DNA of 40,810 nucleotides from Welwitschia mirabilis. Its lineage: Eukaryota. Below the pieces are notes generated by a model. The model was given only the letters and a program-made list of their open reading frames with translations, was not told the origin of the DNA and did not search any database. Each line of letters starts with the position of its first letter. Within the stretch, counting starts at the first letter, position 1. A program made the position numbers and the translations under genes. The stretch spans positions 40,854,693-40,895,502 of the forward strand of contig JBOZIK010000001.1 in the NCBI GenBank assembly GCA_051453625.1. The letters run 5' to 3'. Positions 11,825 to 22,791 of this stretch are shown piece by piece.

Positions 11825-12477
11825 ATAATTATGATCTAGTATTATGGCTTTCCTTCCCTTACATAACCAATTGCACTTTTATTTTTGTAAAAGAAAACTA
11901 GAACTAGACTAAAATAGTGTACACCTTAGAAAACTAAACACTATATTACTGATTATGTATTATTTCATTGAGGAAGAAACGTAAATAACCATGGATTTAA
12001 GGAAATGAGGTAAAGGTGAATAATTAAGGTGATGACAATATAAATTAGGGAATATAAAATGCTAAAGCTAAATCATAATAAATAAAGGAAAAAAATTAAA
12101 ATAAATACACAAATAAGTAGGGCTTTAAGGTCTGATAGCTAACCTTTGTATTTAAGTGGGTTAAACCTCTAACTATGATAAGCCTATTTAACTAGCATAG
12201 TTAGTTAAATAATAAAGAGCCTTTATTCATAAAGATCTGACTAATAAGCCTCATATGATATATTTGAACATAATGACTATTGCATATCTAAATTTTAAAA
12301 AAAAATGTATGGGGATACATGAGTGGTTATTAGTATCCTAGCCTTATCCATGTGAAACAAATATTACAAGGAATATAGTTAACAATAAACCTTTACCTTA
12401 ATAAGATTAGTAAATGATAACCTAAACTAATGATGATATAATGATATTCTTTTATAAGTACAAGTAGTAATGTAGTA

Positions 12478-12557
12478 ACATAGTTATCATAATAAGATGA
12501 TTATGAAATAATATACATAGTTATCGTAATAAGATGATTATGAAATAATATACATAG
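12478..12557. repeat. 37-bp tandem duplication
   Basis: ACATAGTTATC(A/G)TAATAAGATGATTATGAAATAATAT x2 plus ACATAG. Confidence 0.95.
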
Positions 12558-13389
12558 AAGACCTAATCATGATGATAACAAAGGTGTGATAAATTAAATA
12601 GATATGATAGTCTGATTACTAAATTAACCTTCTTTAGGATAACATAGAGTGAAACATCGAATATAAGCTACTCAAACCCAACGAAAACTGATGATTGATG
12701 ATTTATAATAATTCTAATGATATATACAATATGATATTAGTTAAATAGTATTAAAGTACTATTTTAATTAATGATAGTGGGCCCATAACCTATAGAATGA
12801 TTATGAATAAATTGATTAATTAAGAACTAGAGTATGCATGGAAAGCATAGTAAGTTCTGATTAAAACCTAATGATAGTATCATGTATCACAAAATGTGTA
12901 TTAATTAATTATCCTTATTTATGATTGACTATGATGTGATGATAATAACCTATAGATGCACTAAATGAAGTAGTGGAAGATGCACCGAATGAGACAATGA
13001 AGTAATGAGAATATTTGTTCAGATAATAATTATACACAACTAATAATATAATTCAGAAATATGCTTAACTTATGGTAATGATAATAATGACTAGACTATA
13101 AGTCTAATGTCAGCTTAAACACTATTAACAATACAGATTAGGTGATCCAATGGCATATGTAATGGATTAATAATGTCTATGAAGATATAATCTATGACGA
13201 TGATATAATCATGATGATTAAGATAATACTAAGTAATAGAATTAGCTTATGATGTAATGTATTAAATTTATATATGGAAATGATACATATATTGATTATG
13301 TTTTAGATTCTTATGTGTGTCGTTAGTTGACAATAATCTATACTAGATTCTGATTGATCCTGATATTGATTCAGTGGTATACATACATA

Positions 13390-13489
13390 NNNNNNNNNNN
13401 NNNNNNNNNNNNNNNNNNNNNNNNNNNNNNNNNNNNNNNNNNNNNNNNNNNNNNNNNNNNNNNNNNNNNNNNNNNNNNNNNNNNNNNNN
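13390..13489. other. Assembly gap (100 N)
   Basis: Run of N. Confidence 1.
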
Positions 13490-14254
13490 CTAAATCTTCT
13501 GGCTAGGAGAGCCACCTCATCATCATCCAAGTCCTCATCCAACCTTTTAGACCTATATTTTTCTTGCACACATTTTAAGGCAATACCTTTTTTGTTATCT
13601 TTAACAAATTTAAGTTTATAAGTTTTTAGATTATCTTGTAGCTCTTCTAGTATCATTGCATTTATGTTCTTGCTCTTTTTGATGGTTGTGATTTTTAATT
13701 CAATTCTCTTTAGTAGAGATCTCAATACCTTTCTGGCCACCTTTCCTTCATCCAACTATTTTCCAAGACTTGCTATAGAATTTACAATATCAGTAAGTCT
13801 CATAAAGAATTCTAGCAAAGTTTCCTCTTCGTCCATATGAATGTCTTCAAATTTAGAAATAAGCATTTGAAGTTTTTCTTGCTTTAGAGTTGAAGTTCCT
13901 TCATTTGATACCTCAAGAATATCCCAAGCCTTTTGAGCATGATTATAAATCACTATAAGTTTAAAATCATCTACACAAACTGTACAAAATATTGCATTAA
14001 GAGTATGGACATCTGTGATTGCTTTGGTTTTATCAATGATAGCCAATAATCTCAGGATTTAAGGACTAAGGTGGTATTACCATAGCATCTATTTTTTATA
14101 AAATAGGCATAGAATAGCCTTTATAAATAACTTCTTCTATATCAGCATCTAGGGATCTGAGAAAAATTCTCATTCTAGCTTTCTAGTACACATAGTTAGA
14201 TCCCTCAAACATGGCTAGATGACTAGTACAAAAACCATTAGATGGATTACTTAT
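13490..14254 (-). pseudogene. gag: E4 gag N-terminal part
   Basis: ORFs 13756-14046 and the 13490-13755 part of 13303-13755 match E1 gag. Start codon mutated to ATA. Confidence 0.9.
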
Positions 14255-15933
14255 TGTAGGGTTATAAAGTCTAGATTGGTTAAAATCTAAATAAAGACTT
14301 AATTTAGCTCTGTTACCAATCGATAGGATCGAGAATCCTAGAGAGAGGGGTGAATAGGTTCTAAAAAAAATAATTAAACAAAATGAACTAAACAAACTCA
14401 TGATATACCAAAAGCTTACTAAAAATTATTTGCTAATAAATTCATGTGAGCAAAGAAAAATTAAAAGTAATCAAAGTAATGAAACTAACTAAAAGCATTA
14501 AATACTAAATAGATGTACACAGGATTTATAGCAGTTCGAGAAACTTCATACTCAATTCTCGACGATTAGCTTATCAACAATCTTGATCGGGATCTTTGTT
14601 ACTCCTCTAGGTAATCCAGGTTTATCCATAACCTTTACAAATGGAATTTTCCAGGCTTAGTCTCAACCTTTGAACAGACTTTTTCAAGCTTAGTCTTAAC
14701 CTTTAAATGGACTTTTCAAGGCTTAGCCTCAATCTTTGAACATATTTTTAAAGGCTAAGTCTTAACATTTTATAATGTAAGATAATGAAGAAATAATGCC
14801 AAGATACACAGATATCACTCATTCTTTGGTATAATGATTTTAATGGAGCTCTTCTCCTATAGATAGTATAACAAATAAAGCACTACATATGATCTTAAAT
14901 GTATAGATAACACAGATGATAAATCTTTCTTGGTCATAAGTACAATTGCCAAGATTCAATAGTAAATATCATAATATTTAATCCTTTTATCAATATTCAA
15001 AAGATGTTCAAAAGTCTAAAAATGTCAAAAAGGATTATTTTGTCTTTTCTCTCTTTGCTATTTATATTGGAAGGTTGTTAGGATTTATTACGTTTGAAAA
15101 TGCACTTTCAATGGCTATAAACAACTAGAAAATGATTACCTAATGGATACAAAATGGATAGAAAATTTTAGTTCTATTTCAGTCGATTGACCTCTCAAAA
15201 GTTCAATCAACTCCATCTAGTGTCGTGACTTACATAGGTCACCTGAGTGAAGTTTTTAGTCATGCCAGTTTCTTATGGCTCCATGTCCGATCGACCCCTT
15301 AGGGTCTAGTTAACCTCTATTCGGTCACTCATAATTCTATCTGGTCACCCACTAGTCTTGATAAAAGATCATTCCAATTTCCTGCTTCAGGTCTAGTCAA
15401 CCCCTTTAGGTGTTTGGTCGACCCCATAATGATTGGCTCAGGGATATCAATTTCACAGTTCCTAGGTCTAGTCGACCCCTTTAAAAGTCTAGTTAACCCC
15501 TTAACAATTAGTTTAGGAGTACTGTTCTTAGATTTCATAGATCTGGTCGATCCCATCATAGGTTTGGTTAACCCTTGGACATTCAGTTCAGGGACACTGT
15601 TCTCAGGTCTACAAATCTAGTCAATCCCTTATCATTTAGTTTAGGGATACTGTTCTTAGGATCATAAGTCCAGTTAACCCCATCAGAAATCTAGTCTACC
15701 CCTCTGAATTCAATTCATTTCTAAGTATCTACTCAAGGTGTGGTCGACCCCTTGAAAGTTTGATCGATCCCTCAAGAGGATAAGTGAATTTGACAGGTTT
15801 TTAGTAATCAGGTTTCGAAATTCATAGCTTCAGTATTTAACCTGTAAGGATTAACATATTCTACACAAGATACATAAAATTTACTCCATAGAAAATATGA
15901 GTTTGACATTAATAGGCAAAACATAATCTAACA
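13490..15933 (-). mobile_element. E4: 5' LTR (14321-15933, subtype beta), PBS (14307-14318) and gag N-terminus of a Sirevirus-type element, cut by the gap
   Basis: TGTTAGATTATG...TCCTATCG, PBS TGGTAACAGAGC, gag AMFEGSNYVY*KARM..AQKAWDILEVSNEGT..KVARKVLRSL. Confidence 0.92.
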
Positions 15934-16763
15934 GCAAGAAATTATCCTTAATAGCTTTATATTTAATGAGCAACTTAATTCTATTTTTTGCTTGGATTTT
16001 TGTTGTTATCATTTCATGCTAGGATTGTGTTGTTTAGATCTATTTTAAATTCCCTTAAAACCTTTTCATGGTTATCTCAACAAGAGTAAGATGAAGAAAT
16101 TTTTTTCTCTTTTTACTACTTTAGTAGTTTTGGATTTCAAGAAAACTTTTTGGGAACATCAGTTTGCAAAAATGTTTTAGTCATGCATCAAGCTCTGGAA
16201 ATTCTTGCATATTTAGGTTTTTATTGTTAATTTTAAATTCAAACAATTTTATAATATTGTAGTCACAATAGAATTCAATTTTATACATTAAATAATTCTT
16301 GTTAATTTAGTTTTTTTAAAAAAAAACTATTTTATGATTTCTTGATAAGTGCCTATATAGGTTATGTTAGCATATTATTGATTAATTATTATTTTAAACC
16401 TACATTACAACCAAGTTATTATTTCATACAAATCCATGTTATTAATTTACTTTAATTATAAGTATTTTGATTTACTATAAAATTCATTTATTATTCAGTA
16501 TTTTTAAATTTCTATTATTTTCATATGCATGCTTTACAAAATAAAGGATTTATTAAAAGATGTTTGTCTTAAAATGTTATTTGTTAATGATTCTTAAATT
16601 AAATGATCATTGTGCATTGGGATTAACTATGCATTTTAGATTTTGATTATAAATCTTGTGAGCTTCAATTATGCCTAGGGCTTCATAGTATGTTAATCAT
16701 ATAACTAAAAGTTTTTAGTCTGTAATCTCTTAAATAGAAGACAAGTGTTCCAATAGTTAAAGC

Positions 16764-18188
16764 TGTTAGATTATGTTTTGTCAATTGATGTCAAACTAAT
16801 GTTTTCTGTATATCAAATTTTGTATTTTATGCAGAAGATGTTAAATTACTTACAGGTCGAAAAATGAAACTAAAATTGTCAACTTATGAGTACTAGAAAC
16901 CTATCAGTTCATTTACCCTCAAGATGGAGTTGACCGGATTCTCAAGGATTCGACCGCACTTAAAGCAAATAAAAAAAAGAATTGCATCCAGAGGGGTCGA
17001 CTAGATATTTATGGGGTCGATCGTATTTGAGGACTTGAGAAACAGTACTCTCAACTGAATGACAAGGGGTCGACCGAACCTATGATGGGATCGACTAGAT
17101 TTAAGCACTTTGTAGATGGTACACCTGAACCAATCATCATGACGTCAACAGGACACCTGAAGGATTCAATCAGATGCAATGCATAAAATTGGAAAGAAAA
17201 TTTATCAGAGGAGTAGGCGATCAGATGAATAGCAGGCAACCGGACTAGGGTCAACCAGACCCAGATGGAATCGACCGGATAGGGAGTCATAAAAAATTGT
17301 GGCAACTGAGTTTCTCACTCGAGCAACCTATGTAACTCACGACACCATATGGGTTTAATCGGATTTTTATGGGGTGGATCGAACGGAGTAAAAATAAATT
17401 TTTTCTAAATGTTATGTAACTGTTATGTAGCTGTTAAGTAGCCATTTTCTAGTCGTTTATAGCTATTAAAAGTGCATTTCAAATGTAATAAATCCTAAAA
17501 GCCTTTCATTATAAATAACTAAGACATAGATGACCAAAGAATCTTTTGAAACTATTCTCATTTAGATAAATCTATTATATTTGAAGGATCAGGCATTGTA
17601 TTTAGTTGATTTCCATTTTTGTATCTCAACATCATATTTTTGATCGAAGGAGACCTACTATTGGCATCCTTTCTATATTCAAGGTCGGATCAAGAGCTTC
17701 ACTTGCTTTGCTTTTATAGGAGAAGAGCTCCATCATATTTACTGATTCCAGAATGAATGATATCTATGCTTTTAAGGCATCATTACATCACTATTTTGCT
17801 TTGTGAAAGGTTCAGACTAAGCCTTGAAAAATCCATTCTAATGGTTAAGACTAAGCCTGAAAAAGTCTATTTGTAAAAGTTACAAGTGAACCTAGAACAT
17901 CTAGTGAAGTAACCAAGATCTAAGATCTAGCATGAGAATAAGCTAATTGTCGAGAGTGGAATAGGGAGTTTTCCGAACCATTATAAATTTGGCTTGCATC
18001 AAATTGATATTTTTGTGCTTTCAGTTTTTGTTTCTTTACTTTCATCATTTTCTCTTACTGTGCACATTCTAGATTAATTAATTTTTGTATGCAAGTTTTT
18101 ATTTTAGATTAAATTCATTTAGATTATTGGATTAGATTTTTTAAAGAACCTATTTACCCCCTCTCCTCTAGTATTCTTGATCCTATCA
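16764..18188 (+). repeat. 5' LTR of E5 (1425 bp, subtype alpha)
   Basis: TGTTAGATTATG...TCCTATCA, TATAAATA at 17510-17517. Confidence 0.95.
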
Positions 18189-18190
18189 TT

Positions 18191-18202
18191 TGGTATCAGA
18201 GC
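18191..18202 (+). promoter_or_regulatory. PBS (tRNA-iMet) of E5
   Basis: Exact TGGTATCAGAGC 2 nt after the LTR. Confidence 0.97.
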
Positions 18203-18254
18203 AATGTTAAGTCATTTCTTAGATCTTCACCAATCTGGACTTTAGTATCCCATA

Positions 18255-19053
18255 ATGTTTGCTCACCTTGATGATTTTTTAAATATGCCTTTTCTCGATA
18301 TGTGTGCATTTATCTGTATATGTTGGATAGCATATGGATATATTTTCAAACAAATTACAGCTAGTGGAAATACCTAGACAAAATAAATGCTCAAAAACAC
18401 AATAAAAAAAGGAGATTCTCCTTTATGGCACTTGTGCCTCCTTTGCAAAATATGCCAATTACATTGAAGCATGATGACCGTGATGTGAATGATGAAGAAC
18501 AAGATGAGTTAGAAGATACATGTTAAGAATTATATCAAGAATGTGAAAAGTTGGCTAAAAGGATAAATGATCTAAATAAGGTTATAAAATCCCTTACCAA
18601 GAAAAAGAAGGAAATTGAATCAAGTCTCAAAATATTTAGATCTGAAAACTCTAATCTCACTCTATAGGTAAAAGAATTATATTATTTTTTAAATAAATTT
18701 TTAGGTGGATCTATCAAATTAGAATAAATGGATGGAGTTCAGAAACCTATTGGTAGCAAGTCAGGTATTGGTTTCATCTCTTAAATACCTCAAGGATAGC
18801 AAAGTCAGGTAACCAGTGATAGTAAGTTTCTTTTAAAAATTACTTGTCATTTTTGTGGAAGAATTGGTCATTCAAAATCCATATGCAATGCTATAAATTA
18901 ATGTTGTTTTTAAACTTAGTTAGTCCTTTTCCATTTAAGTTTATTCCTAAAGGAGATGTACCACGTAAGTCTAGAAAGACTATGTGGATGAAAGCTAATG
19001 ATCTTAAAAGTTTGTTAATTCAAACAACTTTCAAGGTTTTAAATAACACAAGC
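18255..19053 (+). pseudogene. gag: Internally deleted gag of E5 (coiled coil and second CCHC knuckle retained)
   Basis: RRFSFMALVP..ELEDTC*ELYQECEKLAKRINDLNKVIKSL from ~18410. Intact CHFCGRIGHSKSIC at 18845-18886. Capsid motifs absent. Confidence 0.85.
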
Positions 19054-22000
19054 TAGTATCTTGATAGTGGATGTTCAAGGCATATGACAGGAGACAAATC
19101 CAGATTTAAGCAACTAAGCCACTTTGATGGAGGAGAAGTGACTTTCAGGGACAATGGAAAGCCAAAGATAGAAGGGATTAGAAGAATTGTAAGAGATAAC
19201 CTTCCTATAATCAATGAAGTTTTATATGTATGTAGTTTAAAGCATAATTTATTATGCATTAGTCAAATTTATGACAAAGATCACAAGGTAGTTCTTGATA
19301 AATCAAAGTGTGAAATTTTTCATAGAAAATCAAACGATGTGATTCTTAGCTAGTAGAATAGATAATGTTTATAGCATAGATCAATTATTTTTTCCATGTT
19401 ATTTTTCAAATGTTCCTCAAGAAGNNNNNNNNNNNNNNNNNNNNNNNNNNNNNNNNNNNNNNNNNNNNNNNNNNNNNNNNNNNNNNNNNNNNNNNNNNNN
19501 NNNNNNNNNNNNNNNNNNNNNNNNTTTTTTCCATGTTATTTTTCAAATGTTCCTCAAGAAGTGTTGTGGCATAAACGTCTAGGTCATGTTAATTATGATC
19601 AATTAAAAATGATTATTCATAAAAACATCATAAAAGGAATTCTTAAGATAAACATACAAAACAAGATTTGTGTGATGCATGCCAAAAGGGAAAACAAATT
19701 AGGAGTTCTCATAAAAACAAAATGCAAGCTTCCACATATATGCCATTAGAGCTTATTCATATGTATTTAATAGGCCCTATTCAAACTCAAGATCTAGGTA
19801 GAAAATCTTATTTCCTTACCATGATTGACAATTTTTCCAGATATACTTGGATATCCTTCTTATCAAACAAGTCTAAAGCTTCTAAACATTGGGTTGAAAG
19901 TTGCAACAAGATTCAAAATGAAAAGTAGTATACCATAAAGAAAATAAGAAGTGATCATGGTGGAGAATTTGAAAATAATTTTTTTGAGAAATATTGCATT
20001 GAAAATAGAATCGATCATCAGTTTTCAATTGCAAAAATACCACAACAAAATGGTATAGCTAAAAGAAATAATAGAGTAATTTACAAAATGGCATGAACTA
20101 TACTAAATGATAAGGAAGTATCTAAATTATTTTGGTCTGAGGCTGTTAGTACAACATGCTACATTATTAACAGAGTATATCTTAAACCCGGTACTGAAAA
20201 GATACCATATGAGTTATGGAAAGGAAGACAACCAAATGTGTCATATTTTAAAGTCTTCGGAAGTAAATGCTATGTGCTAAAAGATAGAGAACATTTGAGA
20301 AAATTCAAGTTAAAGGCTAATGAATATATCTTTTTGGGTTACTCAACGAGAAGTAGAGCCTACCGTGTTTTCAACAAAAGAAGCTTAATAGTAGAAGAAT
20401 CAATAAATGTGCAAATTAATGAGAGTGACACAAGATCAAACTATACAGATGAGAAGGAAACCAGAACTTCAAGTATTCCCCCCAACTAATGAAAGTTCTA
20501 ATGAAAGACATGAAGTTTCAATAAAAGAAGGCATGCCAAAAAAGCACAAACTTCTTAAAGATTATCCTTTAAAATCCATTATTGGAGAAGTTAACTCAAA
20601 GATAAAAACAAGGGGTTCCATGAAAAATTTATGTGCTCACATTTATTATGTCTCAAAGATAGAACCCAAGAAATTTGAAGAAGCAAAAATCCATGACGAA
20701 TGGATGATGGCAATGTAAGATGAGCTATAACAATTCAAAAGAAATGATGTTGGAAAGCTAGTAGAAAGGCCAAAAGATAATAATGTTATTGGAACTAAAT
20801 GGATTTTTAAAACAAATGTGATGAAGAAAATAATGAATGTCATTAAAAACAAGGTAAGATTAGTAGCTCAAGGATACAATCAAACAAAAAGCATTGATGT
20901 AGAAGATACTTTTTCTCCTATTACAAGGCTGGATAGCATTAGAATATTTTCTTCTTTTGCAGCTTTAAGAATTTTAAAATATATCAAATGGATATAAAAA
21001 GTGCTTTCCTAAATGGCACATTAATTAAAGAAGTCTATGTAGAACAACCACAAGGTTTTATTGATCCTTATAAAACTGATCATGTATATAGACTTAAAAA
21101 AGCTTTATATAGAATAAAACAAGCACCAAGGGCTTGGTATGAGAAGCTAGCTACATTTTTAAATGAAAATGGATATATTTGAGGAACTGTAGACAAAACT
21201 TTATTTGTGAAGAATCTGAAATAGGATTTCATTTTTATACAGATTTATGTAGATGATATTATTTTTGGTGTCTCAAATGAAAAGCTATCAAAAGAATTTG
21301 CAAATATTATGATAAATTAATTTGAAATGAGTATGCTGAGTGAAGTAAAATTGTTTCTTGGACTTCAGATCAATTCAAATATGCAAGAGATTTGTTCAAA
21401 TGATTTGGTTTAAAAAATGCAAAAACAACTGACACTCCTATGTCTACATCATGTAAAGTAAGTTTGGATGAAAATGGTAAATCCATAAATCAAAAACTTT
21501 ACAAAAGTATGATTGGTAGTTTATTATATTTAACTACAAGTAAAAAAATATCATGTTTAGTATTGGAGTTTTTGCAAGATATCAATCCCAATTAAAAGAA
21601 TCACATCTTTAAGCAGTAAAAAGAATAATCAGGTATGTAAAGGATACATGTGATTTGGCTTATGGTATCCCACCAAGACATCTTTTAAACTTGTAGGTTT
21701 TAGTGATGCAGATTGGATTGGATGCAAAGATGATAGAAAAAGCACAAGTGGAAATTGCTTTCTTCATGAACAAGCAAGAAACAAAACTCTATTTCTTTCT
21801 CTACTGTAGAAGCCAAATATATTGCAGTAGGTAGTTGTTGCACTCACCTTTTATGGATGAAAGAAAATTTAAAAGATTTTGGTGTTAATTTTGAGTAAGT
21901 TCCTATTTTCTGTGACAAAATAAGTGCTATTAATATATCAAAAAATCTGATTCAGCATTCAAGAACGAAGCATATTGAGCTAAAACATCATTTCCTACAA

Positions 22001-22144
22001 GACCAAGTTGAAAAAGAACACATTTCTATGAATTTTGTAATTACAGACCAATAATTGGCAAATACTTTTACTAAAACCCTAAATTTTAATACTTTTCTTT
22101 ATCTCAGAAATCAACTAGGGGTTCTTTCACCGTCTTATGATTGA
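19054..22144 (+). pseudogene. pol: Copia pol (protease, integrase, RT, RNase H) with many stops and frameshifts
   Basis: *YLDSGCSRHMTGD (19054), [64 protein letters not shown] (21246-21257), GFSDADW..DRKSTSG, RTKHIELKHHFL..QLGVLSPSYD*. Confidence 0.97.
19425..19524. other. Assembly gap (100 N) with duplicated flanks
   Basis: 19388-19424 is identical to 19525-19561. Confidence 0.98.
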
Positions 22145-22352
22145 TTCTAGGACGGTCGACCAAATTCTCTATTCGATCAACCGAAATAGTTCGATCGACT
22201 AGTTTTTAACTCGGTTGCCTAGTTAATCAAGGTTATGTAGTTGTCTCAGTAATAGTATAGAACAACAAATTGTCTTTTTTTTTTGTAATTATCTTTTATA
22301 TTATTTTTTGGTTTCATGGTAACTGTTTCTCCTCTCCTTTATCATTGATGTC

Positions 22353-22790
22353 AAAAGGGGGAGAATTAGTTAATTATTTGTTAAAAATTTATGCACAAAA
22401 TGGTGTTTCATTTGGTACTCTAAATCTATTTGTGCCTTTCAAAATCGTTTATGCTAAATATGTTTTCCTTTGATATCATAAGTACTTAATTTGAAAAGTT
22501 TCAAGTCTTTTAAACATTGGAAATAAATTAAAACTTGTAACATTTGATTCAATGTTAAATAAGTTTACATGTTCACATTATGTTTATCTTAAAGTTATGC
22601 CTTTTTAAATTCTCGAATGTGCATAACTAATTTTTTTATTTAAAGCACAAAATTTTATTATTCAAAATGTCTTAACTTGTTTTCAAAGGGAATATTATTT
22701 TTCAATAGGCATTTTGTAAGGGAGAGCTTTTCTAAGAGTTCTAAATTTTCACAACCAAGTATTTTCTATCATCAATGTCAAAGGGGGATA
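22353..22790 (+). promoter_or_regulatory. Multiple-PPT region of E5
   Basis: GATGTC-AAAAGGGGGAGAA at 22353-22365 and AATGTC-AAAGGGGGATA at 22780-22790 next to the 3' LTR. Confidence 0.9.
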
Positions 22791-22791
22791 T

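Noticed and set aside
15180..15775. CRISPR-like array of palindromic repeats with spacers
   Set aside because: Eukaryotic LTR context, irregular spacing, spacers homologous between LTRs and no cas genes.
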